From positions 59,424 to 123,423 of the forward strand of contig DATJPD010000100.1 of assembly GCA_035506575.1 (NCBI GenBank): a stretch of DNA of 64,000 nt, read 5' to 3'. The number at the start of each line of letters is the position of its first letter. The stretch's first letter is position 1. Positions 48,943 to 58,603 of this stretch are shown one piece after another. The notes under the pieces were generated by a model that worked only from the letters and a program-made list of their open reading frames with translations, was not told the DNA's origin and ran no database searches. A program made the translations under genes and the position numbers. This DNA is from Alphaproteobacteria bacterium. GTDB taxonomy: Bacteria > Pseudomonadota > Alphaproteobacteria > CACIAM-22H2.

Positions 48943-50715
48943 CTAGGCGGCCGATACGGTGCGGCCCGTTGCCGCCTGGTCGCCGTAGGCCTGGACCGGC
49001 ATCCCCTTGGGAAGGTAAATCGTGACCGTCGTGCCGCGCCCAACTTCGCTCTCGATCGACACGCCGCCGCCCGACTGGCGCGCGAACCCGTACACCATCG
49101 ACAGGCCCAGCCCGGTGCCCTTGCCGGCCGGCTTCGTGGTGAAGAACGGCTCCCACACGCGCTGCAAGGCCTCGGGAGGGATCCCGGCGCCATTGTCGGT
49201 GACCTTGACGGCCACGAACGGGCCGTCGAGTTCGCCCGCCGCACCATTCAATATGACATTCGAGGTCTCCACCGTGACCACGCCTTCGACATGCGTGATC
49301 GAATCGCGCGCGTTCACGACAAGGTTCAGGATCGCGAGGTCGAGCTGTCCGGCATCCGATTCCACCGGCCACAAATCCGGCGCGGTCACGATCTTCAGCG
49401 CCACCAGCGGCGCGCTCTGGTGCAGCAATTCGCGCAACGCCTCCAGCCGCGCGTTGGCGTCGAACACCTCGTATTGGAGCGGCTGGCGCCGTGCGAACGC
49501 CAGCAGCTTCTGGACCAGCGCCTGCCCTCGCTCGACCGTCCGTTCGCAGCCGTCCAGGGCCCGGCGCACGCGCTCGTCCGCCGTCCGCGACAGCGCCAGG
49601 CGCAGATTGCCGCCGAGCGCCTGCAGCAGATTGTTGAAGTCGTGCGCCACGCCGCCCGTCAGCTGTCCCAGGGCTTCGAGCTTGCGCGTCTCGACCAGGG
49701 CAGCCTCCGCGTGCTTACGCCGCCGCTCCTCCTCGATCAGGCTCGCGTAGGTCTCCTGCTGGCGGGCGACCGCGTCCGCTTCGCGGCGCATCCAAGAGAG
49801 CGCGATCAACGCGAGGCCGAGCAGTGCCACGGCGCTCACGCCGGCGAGCGCGCCCCAGCGCACCACGTACCGGAGCCACGCATTGCGGATGCTCGTGTCG
49901 GCCACGCTGATCGCGACGTAAGCCGGATAGCTCGCCAGGCGCTGGAACGCGACGATGCGCTGGCCTCCGGATGCCGGATCCGCATCGGTGAACAATCCCG
50001 ACGGCGACGGCGGGATGGGCTCCGCGCGTGCGGCCTGCCCCGGCGGGTATTGGGCCAGGATCTCCCCGCTGTCGTGGACGAGCGACACCGCGAACCCGTC
50101 GGGCATGAGGTCGCGGCCGTAGAATCTCTCGAAGTAATCGGAGATCGACACGCCCACCACCCCGTCGAACCCACCCGCGGCACTCTGCCGCCGCACGCTC
50201 ATATTGAAGATCGCGTGATGGCTGATCAGCCCGGTGACCGAGCCGCCGAGATACGTGCCAAGGCCGTCCCGGAGCTGCGCCTTGAAGTAGTCGCGCTGCG
50301 AGAAATCCACCGGCGGCGAGGGGAAGACCCGCGTCGTCAGCGCGCCGATGCCCTTCGCATCGACGACGAAGATGGCATCGACCTCCGGGACCTGCTTGTC
50401 GAGCCGGCTCAGGTCCTCCCACAACGGCCGTGACGTCCGGATCTCATCCCACGACAGGCCGGAGATCCGCTGGTTGGCCTGTTCGATCACCAGCTCGGCG
50501 GATTGCAGCGTCTTCTCGGCATGCTCGGCGAAGCCGGCGGCCTGGCGCTTGGCGGTTTCCTCCGCCTGCTCGTACAGCTGCGCATGACTTTGCCAGGCGC
50601 CGACAGCAAACAGCGCAACCGGGCCGAGAACGGCACCCGCGAGCAGAAACCCGAACGGCCAGAACCGGGAGCTGACCATCGGCCACATCCCTTTTGCGAT
50701 AAATGAGCGCGACAT
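48943..50715 (-). CDS. Sensor histidine kinase with periplasmic Cache-like domain
   Basis: Two TM flanking a ~250-aa periplasmic domain, H-box GGVAHDFNNLL, G1/G2 boxes; 590 aa. Confidence 0.85.
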   Translation of the reverse strand: MSRSFIAKGMWPMVSSRFWPFGFLLAGAVLGPVALFAVGAWQSHAQLYEQAEETAKRQAAGFAEHAEKTLQSAELVIEQANQRISGLSWDEIRTSRPLWEDLSRLDKQVPEVDAIFVVDAKGIGALTTRVFPSPPVDFSQRDYFKAQLRDGLGTYLGGSVTGLISHHAIFNMSVRRQSAAGGFDGVVGVSISDYFERFYGRDLMPDGFAVSLVHDSGEILAQYPPGQAARAEPIPPSPSGLFTDADPASGGQRIVAFQRLASYPAYVAISVADTSIRNAWLRYVVRWGALAGVSAVALLGLALIALSWMRREADAVARQQETYASLIEEERRRKHAEAALVETRKLEALGQLTGGVAHDFNNLLQALGGNLRLALSRTADERVRRALDGCERTVERGQALVQKLLAFARRQPLQYEVFDANARLEALRELLHQSAPLVALKIVTAPDLWPVESDAGQLDLAILNLVVNARDSITHVEGVVTVETSNVILNGAAGELDGPFVAVKVTDNGAGIPPEALQRVWEPFFTTKPAGKGTGLGLSMVYGFARQSGGGVSIESEVGRGTTVTIYLPKGMPVQAYGDQAATGRTVSAA

Positions 50716-50787
50716 GTATCGCGGCCGTCAGCGCCCGCGCAAGCAACCATCGCGAATGATCGCGCGCGGTATCCACAGGTGATTCGC

Positions 50788-52002
50788 CTAGGCGATCGCC
50801 TTCGCCTTGCGCACGCTTTCGATGAGCGAGGTGCGCATCAGGAACGCGCGGTGCGCAGCCGGATCGGCGGCGGTCTTGCGCAAAGTCTCGAAATTCGCCT
50901 GGCGCACCGCCGGATCCTTCTCCTCGAGGCGCTTCTTGTTGGCGATGGTCTGCTGCTGCACGAACTCGATGTTGATCGGCCGGCGGCGGCGGTCGTAACG
51001 GTCGAGTGCGGCGTCGGGCTGTTCGCCGCGGGATACGCTCACCAGCAGCGAGGCCAGCTCCATCGCGTCGTGGATACCGCAATTGAGGCCGAGGCCGCCG
51101 ATCGGGTTGTTGACGTGTGCCGCGTCGCCGGCGAGGAAGGCGCGGCCTTTGCGGAAGCTCTGCGCCACGCGCTGGTGCACGTTGTAGAGATTGCGGTGCA
51201 CGATGTCGTAGGCGCCGCGCTTGGGGAAGAATTTTTGCATGCGCCCCTGCACGGCCGCATCGTTCAGAACCTGCTCGTCGGTCTCGCCCGGCAGGGTCGG
51301 GAACACCGCACGCCACAGGCCGCGCCCGTCGTCGCCCGCCACCTTGAACAGGTTGGTCCACGCCTCCGGGTCCGCGATGTAGTTGCGGAAGCAGAAGCCC
51401 TGCTCGGCCTCGAAGTCGTAGGGCGTGGTCAACACCAGGAAGCGCTCGGGGAACGTATAGCCCGTGAACTCGATGCCGAGCGCCTTGCGCACGCTCGACC
51501 GGCCGCCGTCGGCGCCGATCAGATAGCTGCCCTCGACCTCGCGAGCGCCCTTGGCGCCGGCGACCGTCAGGCGCACCCGCATGTCCGAGAGCTCGACCGC
51601 ATCCACCCGGCAGCCGAAATGCACCGGGACGCCGAGTGAAGTCAGCCGCGCGATCGCCATGCGCGCGAGCTTGTGCTGCTCGGTCTGGACGACGAACGGG
51701 AATTTCGCGTCGCCTTTCAGCACCTCGTGGTCGAACTCGGCGACCTTGCGCCCGGTCGGCCGGTCCCAGAATTGGAACATGCGCGCGACCAGGCCGCGCG
51801 AGATGTACTCATCGATCAAGCCGAGCTCGGCGATCATCTCGAGCGTCGCCGGATGCGTCGTGGCGGCGCGCGGGCTGGTGTCGACGTCGGCTTGCGCCTC
51901 GAACACCTCGACCGGAAGCCCTGCCCGCGCGAGCGCCAGCGCGCTGACCACGCCCACGGGGCCGGCGCCCGCGATCAGGATCGGCGCTTGTCCTGCGGCC
52001 AT
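50788..52002 (-). CDS. FAD-dependent aromatic-ring monooxygenase (PF01494-type)
   Basis: GAGPVG FAD site, GADGGRSSVR, GDAAHVNNPIGGLGLN; 404 aa. Confidence 0.8.
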   Translation of the reverse strand: MAAGQAPILIAGAGPVGVVSALALARAGLPVEVFEAQADVDTSPRAATTHPATLEMIAELGLIDEYISRGLVARMFQFWDRPTGRKVAEFDHEVLKGDAKFPFVVQTEQHKLARMAIARLTSLGVPVHFGCRVDAVELSDMRVRLTVAGAKGAREVEGSYLIGADGGRSSVRKALGIEFTGYTFPERFLVLTTPYDFEAEQGFCFRNYIADPEAWTNLFKVAGDDGRGLWRAVFPTLPGETDEQVLNDAAVQGRMQKFFPKRGAYDIVHRNLYNVHQRVAQSFRKGRAFLAGDAAHVNNPIGGLGLNCGIHDAMELASLLVSVSRGEQPDAALDRYDRRRRPINIEFVQQQTIANKKRLEEKDPAVRQANFETLRKTAADPAAHRAFLMRTSLIESVRKAKAIA

Positions 52003-52005
52003 GCC

Positions 52006-52929
52006 CTACGCGGTCCAGTGCTTCTTGAATTGCGTCGCCACGACCTGCTCGTAGGCGACCTGACCTTTCAGGATGCCGACATCGCGTGCGAACTGGTTCA
52101 TCCCGGCGACGAACGGCTCGGAGATCGTGGCATCGTAATAGGGAAGGTCGCGGCGGATAAGCTCGGCGATCAGCTCGGCCTCCGATGGGGGGAAAAGCTT
52201 TCGCCCGACCTCGGCCGCACGCTCGGGGTTCTGCTTGAGGGCTTTCTGCGTCTTGACGATGGCGCGCACCGCGGCGGCCGCCGCGTCCGACTGGGCCTGG
52301 ATCAGCCGATCGGTGGTCGCAATGGAGGCCATCGTGTAGTTGAACGCGGGCTTGGGCCCGTCGCCGCGGCGCACGTCGAGCACCACCGTGCCGACCCCGC
52401 GCCGCACCGCAACCTCGGTGCCCATGCCGTTCGCCCAGAAGCCGTCGATCTTGCCGTCCTCGAGCGCCTTGGCCGCGGTAAGGCCGAAATTGACGCCCGC
52501 ACCTTGCGCTCCCGGCACCGGTGCGATCTTCACCTGGTCGCGCGCGAGATCGATGCCGGCCTCGGCCAGCAGGCGGCGCAGGCCCATCTCGACCCAGGGG
52601 GCAGCACCGATGCTGCGTCCCTTCACCACCTCGAGATCGCCGCGCCTGGCCCCCAGCTTCTTCGCCATGACGAGAAACCAGTACATCCCCTGTCCTTGCG
52701 CGCAGAGGAGCTTCGCCCCCTGCCACTCCGGGAACGCCGCGAGCGCCGAATGCGCGGAGCCGCCCACGAAGTCGACGGCACCGTCGCGCATCGCGGCATA
52801 CGCCTTGTCGACCGGAAAAATCAGCTCGAGCGACACGTCGAGCCCTTCCTCCTTGAAGAAGCCGAGCTCGACCGCGGCCGCGGCCGGGAAATACGAGTTC
52901 GAGATGAGGTCCGGGACCGCGATCTTCAT
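52006..52929 (-). CDS. ABC-transporter substrate-binding protein, NMT1/SsuA-like
   Basis: 307 aa with NMT1/THI5-like periplasmic fold pattern. No obvious signal peptide. Confidence 0.55.
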   Translation of the reverse strand: MKIAVPDLISNSYFPAAAAVELGFFKEEGLDVSLELIFPVDKAYAAMRDGAVDFVGGSAHSALAAFPEWQGAKLLCAQGQGMYWFLVMAKKLGARRGDLEVVKGRSIGAAPWVEMGLRRLLAEAGIDLARDQVKIAPVPGAQGAGVNFGLTAAKALEDGKIDGFWANGMGTEVAVRRGVGTVVLDVRRGDGPKPAFNYTMASIATTDRLIQAQSDAAAAAVRAIVKTQKALKQNPERAAEVGRKLFPPSEAELIAELIRRDLPYYDATISEPFVAGMNQFARDVGILKGQVAYEQVVATQFKKHWTA

Positions 52930-52953
52930 CGCCGCGATCTCCCGCGCCGCCGC

Positions 52954-53343
52954 CTACTTCTTGGTACTCTCATCGTAGTAATGAATCTCATAGAGCATGC
53001 AGCCGCGCTCGGACTTGAACGGGCCGTGCGCCGCACCCGGCGGGCGGCAGGCATAGGTCGGCGCCTTGAACGACTCACCACCCTTGCCTTGCGCGTCGTT
53101 GCCGACCGTGAGGTCGCCTTCGACCAGATAGACCTCTTCCCAGTGGTCGTGCACGAACGGGGCCGTGGTATAGACGCCCGGCTGAAAGCGCAGGAGCCGC
53201 GTGCGACTGCCCATCTTGCGCCGCTCGTCGAGATCGCTCGCCAGAATCTTCTGCTGGATGCCCGACGGATAGCCCTCGGGCGTGACCCAGCCGCTGGCAA
53301 GGTCCAGACGGTGGAATTCCAGATGCGGCTTGTTGAACGGCAT
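52954..53343 (-). CDS. Cupin-domain protein
   Basis: 129 aa with a β-barrel His/Glu pattern (HDHWEEVYLVEGDL…H). Confidence 0.6.
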   Translation of the reverse strand: MPFNKPHLEFHRLDLASGWVTPEGYPSGIQQKILASDLDERRKMGSRTRLLRFQPGVYTTAPFVHDHWEEVYLVEGDLTVGNDAQGKGGESFKAPTYACRPPGAAHGPFKSERGCMLYEIHYYDESTKK

Positions 53344-53358
53344 CGCGCGTCTCCAGTC

Positions 53359-54051
53359 TCAGCCCAGAACGGGCAGTGTCTCGATACTATAGCCGTGGCG
53401 GATCTTCTGGCCACGCACCGGATCCTCGAGCTCGAACTCGAAGCGATCCGACGGGCGGATACCGCCTTTGGCCGCCAGGGTGCCGCCGAACATCAAGGTG
53501 CCCTCGGGCAGGCGACCGTTCGCGGCGTAGCGGATGATGAGGGCCGGCGGGATCATCATGGTGGCGACCGGCCCTTCCTGATAGAGCGTCATCTGTCCGC
53601 CCTCGCGGATGAACGAGCGCAGGATCAGCTTGTCCCAGTGGCCAACCACCTCGTCGTGCGGCCAGAACACCGGGGCGATCGGCTTGTCGCACATCTGCTT
53701 CGAGACGGTGACGCCGTAGGTCTCGACCTGACGGTCGGTGTGATCGGAGCCGACGCCCACCCACAGGCGGCCTTCGGCCTGCAGGATCACGAACTCGACC
53801 TCGCCGCTCGAGTGGGGCCCGACCGCTTCGATCGTCTCGTCGATCGTAAGGCGGGCGGTGCTCACGCGGTAGAAAATCGGGGTCGAAGCCGGGCGCTTGA
53901 CCCCGATCGCCTCAAGCTCGGTGATGTGCTTTTCGACCGCGACGGGATCGCGCCCGGTCCACCCGGCGATCACGGCATGGCGGATGGGGACTGGGCGCGG
54001 TGAGGACGTTTTCCCGGCCTGCAAGGTCAGGGACAGATTGCGTTCCGGCAC
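53359..54051 (-). CDS. Conserved hypothetical protein (possibly DUF2848-like; family name recalled from memory, unverified)
   Basis: GTG start 54051 with GGAGAG 8 nt upstream. The upstream portion of ORF 53359..54210 would collide with the divergent tctC start. Confidence 0.45.
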   Translation of the reverse strand: MPERNLSLTLQAGKTSSPRPVPIRHAVIAGWTGRDPVAVEKHITELEAIGVKRPASTPIFYRVSTARLTIDETIEAVGPHSSGEVEFVILQAEGRLWVGVGSDHTDRQVETYGVTVSKQMCDKPIAPVFWPHDEVVGHWDKLILRSFIREGGQMTLYQEGPVATMMIPPALIIRYAANGRLPEGTLMFGGTLAAKGGIRPSDRFEFELEDPVRGQKIRHGYSIETLPVLG

Positions 54052-54208
54052 GCGACACACTCTCCGCAGAAGAAGGGCATCAAGACTTACGTAGGTATAG
54101 CGGCGGATTCGATGGACGGCCAGGGCCGCGCCGACGATAATTGCCCTGCAAAAAGCGAGGGCCGCCGACTCAACGCGCGGCCCGGTGAACACGGAGGTGG
54201 GAGGCCCC

Positions 54209-55189
54209 ATGAAGCTGTCGTCATTGCGGGCGATTGTCGCTCTGTTTGCGGCCGCCGTTTTCCTGTTGCCGCTGGGCGCCGCGGCGCAGGCCTATCCTGA
54301 AAAGCCCATCCACCTGATCGTCGGCTTCCAGCCCGGCGGTGTCACCGACATCGCGGCCCGGGTCGTCGGCCAGAAGCTTTCGGATGCGTGGAAGCAGCAG
54401 GTGGTGGTCGAGAACCGTACCGGTGCCGCCGGCCTCGTAGCGGTCGAACTGGTCCAGCACGCCTCGCCGGACGGCTACACGCTGCTGGTCACGTCGACCG
54501 ACTTTCTGACGATCAACCCGTCGGCGTTCGCGAAACTGCCCTACGATCCTGATCGCAGCTTCACCCCGATCGCCAGCCTCACGTTCACGCCGCTGGTTTT
54601 CGTCACCGGCATGAGCACGGGCATCAATAGCCTCAAGGAACTGATCGCCGCGGCCAAGGCCAAGCCCGGCACCGTGGCGTTCTCCTCGCCAGGCGTCGGC
54701 AGCACGAACCACCTCACCGGCGAGCTGTTCGCAGATGCGATCGGCACCAAGCTCGTGCACGTCGCCTACCGCGGCGGTGTCCCAGCGGCGCAGGCGGTCG
54801 TCTCAGGCGAAGTGCAGATGGGCATCATCGCGGTGTCTTCGGCGCAGCCCTTCGTCAAAGGGAGCAAGATGAAGATCCTGGGCATCGCCTCGCCGCAGCG
54901 CATCTCGCTGGTCCCGGACTGGCCGACGATCGCCGAACAGGGCGTGCCCGGGTTCGACGCCGCACTGCGGGTCGGCATGTGGGGCCCGGCCGGTGTGCCG
55001 CAGCCGGTCGTCGCTAAGCTCCGGGGCGAGATCGCGAAGGCGCTGCAGGACAAGGACGTCCTCGATCACTTCGCCACGCTCGGCAACCTGCCGGCGCCGA
55101 TGCCGGTCGCAGACTTCAACGCCCAGATCAAGACCGAAGAGGGACGCTTCGCCAAGGTCGTGAAGCAGGAGGGGATCAAGATCGAGTAG
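54209..55189 (+). CDS. Bug/TctC-family substrate-binding protein
   Basis: MKLSSLRAIVALFAAAVFLLPLGAAAQA signal peptide, PIHLIVGFQPGGVTD motif, GGAGGTGGGAGG RBS. Confidence 0.8.
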   Translation: MKLSSLRAIVALFAAAVFLLPLGAAAQAYPEKPIHLIVGFQPGGVTDIAARVVGQKLSDAWKQQVVVENRTGAAGLVAVELVQHASPDGYTLLVTSTDFLTINPSAFAKLPYDPDRSFTPIASLTFTPLVFVTGMSTGINSLKELIAAAKAKPGTVAFSSPGVGSTNHLTGELFADAIGTKLVHVAYRGGVPAAQAVVSGEVQMGIIAVSSAQPFVKGSKMKILGIASPQRISLVPDWPTIAEQGVPGFDAALRVGMWGPAGVPQPVVAKLRGEIAKALQDKDVLDHFATLGNLPAPMPVADFNAQIKTEEGRFAKVVKQEGIKIE

Positions 55190-55225
55190 CGGCAAAACGC
55201 GCGGGCTTACGCTTTACCCTGGTCA

Positions 55226-55319
55226 TCGCCGGGCTTGTCCCGGCGATCCACGTCGGCGAGCAAGTACGAATGCCGGGCACGTTCGGCCCGGCGCGGATGC
55301 CCGCGACAAGGGCGGGCAT
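55226..55319. terminator. Cluster of three GC-rich hairpins in a convergent intergenic region (possible bidirectional terminators or REP-like)
   Basis: TCGCCGGG-cttgt-CCCGGCGA, GCCGGGC-acgttc-GGCCCGGC and ATGCCCGC-gacaagg-GCGGGCAT between tctC (+) and the phasin gene (-). No clear U-tracts. Confidence 0.35.
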
Positions 55320-55349
55320 GACGTTCGCTACCGCCCCGGCGCGCTTCGC

Positions 55350-55823
55350 TCAGCGCGCCTGGTTCTTCTTGGCGATGAGGGTCTTGATCTCGTCGAGGCT
55401 GTCGGTGACGCGCTTGTTGATCACGTCGAAGGCCTCGCCCTGGGATTTGGAGACCATTTCGGCGAGCTCGCGCATGTTGGCGATGGCGCGCTTGAAGCCC
55501 TCTTTCAGCATCTCGGTCTGGCGGCTCGCCTTGTCCTCGGGGCTGCCGGCGGCCATCATATCCCGCATCGCCTGCGAGGTTTCTTCCATCATCTGACGGA
55601 AAATCTCGCTCTGCCGCTTGGCCACGGCCTGCATGCCTTCCACGGCCAGCTGGTTCGCCTCGCTCAGGGCCTCGAGATTGCGCCGCTGGCTGGCGACGAC
55701 CGCCTCGACGTCCACGCCGGGAACCTTGAAGTCCCCCATCAGCTTGGGGAAGTCCCCCATCAGCTTCGATGGATCCATCATCTTGGTGAAGTCGAAGTCG
55801 CCGAACGGGTTTGGTTTGGCCAT
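55350..55823 (-). CDS. Phasin-family PHA-granule-associated protein
   Basis: 157-aa amphipathic helical protein with the typical phasin N-terminus and Q/A/E-rich repeats. Confidence 0.75.
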   Translation of the reverse strand: MAKPNPFGDFDFTKMMDPSKLMGDFPKLMGDFKVPGVDVEAVVASQRRNLEALSEANQLAVEGMQAVAKRQSEIFRQMMEETSQAMRDMMAAGSPEDKASRQTEMLKEGFKRAIANMRELAEMVSKSQGEAFDVINKRVTDSLDEIKTLIAKKNQAR

Positions 55824-55934
55824 GGGGCGCTCCTTCGCGAGGCCTCAGGCCTCATGAGACGGGTGACCGAAGCTGCCGAAGTCTTATTCCCGGCAACCTG
55901 CCACGTCAATGACATTGCCCCGAAGGCGGGGCCT

Positions 55935-56582
55935 TTACGCGGCGGCGCGCCTGCCGGGGCGCGGGATGCTGTTGGCGAACATCTCGGCGCGCGACAGCGC
56001 CTGGTCGAGGGCGGCCATGGTCTTCGCGTGATCTTCGCTCTCGTCGCGCAACCAGATGCGCATCGTGTAAAGGTAGATCGCGGCCAGCGCCTTGGCGCGC
56101 AGCAGGCCGAAAGGGCCGCCGCCGGGAAGCCCCGCCACGCTCGCCATCCAGGCCATCGACCGGCACAACCGCGCCCCGGTGCACAGCGCCGCCAGCGGAT
56201 GCAGCGGCAGATCGCGCGCGAGCGCGGCCACGGCACCTTTGTATGGCTGGAGCGCATCGAAGCGGCGCATGAACAGGTCGAACAGCCGGTCGCGCGGCGA
56301 GGATTCGTCCCCGCCGGCCTCGGCCCCCTCCAGGGTCGCGAGGTCGATCCGGCGCACGAACGCGTCGAGGATGGCGCCCTTGGAGCGGAAACGCCGGTAG
56401 AGTTCGGCTATGCCGAGGCCGGCTTCCTGGGCGATATCGGCGAAGCTGGTGCGCCGCCAGCCCTGGGTTTCGGCCAGCTTCAGGGCGGCGTCGATGACGG
56501 CATCGTCGCCCCCGGCCCGGCGCTCCGCCGATGCGGCAGGACGTGCTGCCGCTTTGCGTCGCTGCGTCGTCTTGCGCGCCAT
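55935..56582 (-). CDS. TetR/AcrR family transcriptional regulator
   Basis: HTH: VIDAALKLAETQGWRRTSFADIAQEAGLGIAELYRRF; 215 aa. Confidence 0.8.
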   Translation of the reverse strand: MARKTTQRRKAAARPAASAERRAGGDDAVIDAALKLAETQGWRRTSFADIAQEAGLGIAELYRRFRSKGAILDAFVRRIDLATLEGAEAGGDESSPRDRLFDLFMRRFDALQPYKGAVAALARDLPLHPLAALCTGARLCRSMAWMASVAGLPGGGPFGLLRAKALAAIYLYTMRIWLRDESEDHAKTMAALDQALSRAEMFANSIPRPGRRAAA

Positions 56583-56647
56583 GGCCGTCCTCCTCAGATG
56601 GTCCTGAAGTATCTGGGGAGGAGCAGGGAAAAGTCAAAACGCCGGGA

Positions 56648-57466
56648 TCAGCCGGCCAGCTCACGCGAGCGCCGCGTGGCCGCGGCCACGGCGCGCTTCA
56701 GAAGCCCCGACAGCCCGCCGCGCCTGGCCATCAGGACTTCGAGGGCGGCGGCGGTGGTGCCGCCGGGCGAGGTCACGTTGCGGCGCAGCTGTTCCGCCGG
56801 TTCAGGCGCCTGGTGCAAGAGCTCGCCCGATCCGACGACGGTGGCGCGGGCCAGCCGCATCGCGAGCTCGGCCGGCAGGCCGGCCGCCTCGCCGGCCTCG
56901 GCGAGCGCTTCCACGAGCAGGAACACGTAGGCCGGCCCGCTGCCGGAGACGGCGGTCACGGGATCGAGCAGGCGCTCATCCTCGACCCAGGCCACCTCGC
57001 CCACCGCAGAGAGCAGCCGCCCGCAGATGTCGCGCTGCTCTCGCGAGACATGCGCATTCGCGCAGGCGACGGTGATCCCCCGGCCGACCGCGGCTGGCGT
57101 GTTCGGCATCGAGCGCACCATGGCCGCATCGGGTCCAAGCTGGCGCCCGAAGAACGCGAGCGGCCGCCCGGCGGCGATCGACAGGAACACGGTCGAGGGC
57201 GAGACGAAGCGGCGATAGGCCGGCACGACATTGTCCATGCCTTGCGGCTTGACCGCGAACACGACCACGCGCGGCACAACGCCGGCGGGCAGGTCTTTGG
57301 CGTCATCGACGATTGTGATGCCGGGCTTGCCGCGAAAGGCGGCGGTGGCGGCGGATGCGGGCTCGATGATGATGACGGGCGCGTCAGCGCCCGCTGTGCC
57401 GCGGGCGAGCCAGCCGGAGAGCATGGCGCCGCCCATCTTGCCGCAGCCGACCAGGAGCGCAGTCAT
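56648..57466 (-). CDS. proC: Pyrroline-5-carboxylate reductase
   Basis: GCGKMGGAML NADP site and the P5CR C-terminal dimerisation domain (SPGGTTAAAL). Confidence 0.88.
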   Translation of the reverse strand: MTALLVGCGKMGGAMLSGWLARGTAGADAPVIIIEPASAATAAFRGKPGITIVDDAKDLPAGVVPRVVVFAVKPQGMDNVVPAYRRFVSPSTVFLSIAAGRPLAFFGRQLGPDAAMVRSMPNTPAAVGRGITVACANAHVSREQRDICGRLLSAVGEVAWVEDERLLDPVTAVSGSGPAYVFLLVEALAEAGEAAGLPAELAMRLARATVVGSGELLHQAPEPAEQLRRNVTSPGGTTAAALEVLMARRGGLSGLLKRAVAAATRRSRELAG

Positions 57467-57544
57467 GCGCCTTCGCTCCTCGCGGAGCTACGGCGCACAG
57501 GCTCGCGCAACAGGCTTGCCCGCCGCAGCTGCAGCGAACGCGGG

Positions 57545-58051
57545 CTAGGCTTCGCCGATCGGATCGAGGCAGGCGGCGGTGACCGCCTCAGCGGGATTCT
57601 TCCCGCCCCACACCACGTACTGGAACGCGGGATAGAAGCGCTCGCACTCGTTGAGCGCCACGTCGACGAGGTCTTCGAGCTGCTCGACCGCCGCACCCCG
57701 CGCGCCGCGCAGGGGAACCGCGTGGCGGAACGTCGGCTGGTTGTCCTCCGAGGACAGGTCGAAGTGACCGAGCCAGAGACGCTCGTTGGTGAGGGCGAGG
57801 AGCTCATTGATCGGCGGGCGGCGGTGATTGGGGACCTTGAGGTCGAGGGCGCAGGAGAAGTGTAGCGCGCTCATGTCGGAGCTCCACGCGAAGTAGAGCC
57901 GGTAGTCGCACCACTTGCCGGGGATCTGCGCCATCAGCTCGTCGTCGTTGGCGCGGTCGAACGGCCATTCGTGGGCGTTGATGATCTCTTCGATGATGTC
58001 GAGGGGGTTGGGGATCGATTCTCTGGAGGTCGAGACCGAAACTTCGGGCAT
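57545..58051 (-). CDS. YbjN-domain protein
   Basis: 168 aa from MPEVSVS. YbjN-like fold pattern; conserved neighbour of proC in Alphaproteobacteria. The upstream 90 codons of the track ORF are rejected. Confidence 0.6.
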   Translation of the reverse strand: MPEVSVSTSRESIPNPLDIIEEIINAHEWPFDRANDDELMAQIPGKWCDYRLYFAWSSDMSALHFSCALDLKVPNHRRPPINELLALTNERLWLGHFDLSSEDNQPTFRHAVPLRGARGAAVEQLEDLVDVALNECERFYPAFQYVVWGGKNPAEAVTAACLDPIGEA

Positions 58052-58280
58052 GTAGACAGCCTCCCAAGGCGCGACGGCTGTCGGATCGTATTCCTGGGCG
58101 TGAGGATAAAATCCGCGGCCCCCAGGAAATATTGTGTGCGACGCGACCCGACACACTACAAATAGGTTGCCATAGCCGGATTCGCGCAAGCAAGGAAATA
58201 AATGCGGCCGTGAAAATAATTGTGGAAAAATGCCCCACTTAACTCCCGTTCCTCGCGATTTACGCGAGACAGGACCGGTT

Positions 58281-58538
58281 TCAGGGGTTTTTTTCCGCGA
58301 GCCGCCGCTCGAGTTCGGCAACCCGCGCGGCGAGGTTTTCGTTCTCCAGCCGGGCTTTGGCCGCCATCGCCTTCACGGCCTCGAACTCCTCGCGGGCCAC
58401 GAGGTTCTGCGACTTGAACCAGGCTTCGAGGCGGCTCTTGATCTGCGCCTCGGCTTCGGCGCGCATGCCGGAGAGGGCGCCCAGCGCCCCGCTCGCGGCA
58501 CGCGCCAGATCGTCGAGAAACGGATTTTCGCTTTGCAT
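58281..58538 (-). CDS. ubiK: UbiK/YqiC-family accessory protein (BMFP)
   Basis: 85 aa: MQSENPFLDDLARAASGALG...LVAREEFEAVKAM...LE, characteristic of this family. Confidence 0.7.
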   Translation of the reverse strand: MQSENPFLDDLARAASGALGALSGMRAEAEAQIKSRLEAWFKSQNLVAREEFEAVKAMAAKARLENENLAARVAELERRLAEKNP

Positions 58539-58603
58539 ACGTCTTATTATGGAAAGCCGGAGGCGCCGTTGCAACGGTCGGGTCCCACTCCTATAACCCC
58601 GAG

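Noticed and set aside
51673-54003. 776-aa plus-strand ORF antisense to the monooxygenase/binding-protein/cupin genes
   Set aside because: No recognisable domain. The opposite strand carries four coherent CDS with RBSs.
58052-58280. Possible small RNA or terminator in the ybjN-ubiK intergenic region (CTCGCG-ATTTA-CGCGAG hairpin, GGGGTTTTTTT run)
   Set aside because: The T-run lies inside the 3' end of ubiK on the opposite strand. The hairpin is not followed by a U-tract on either strand. Evidence is insufficient to call a feature.
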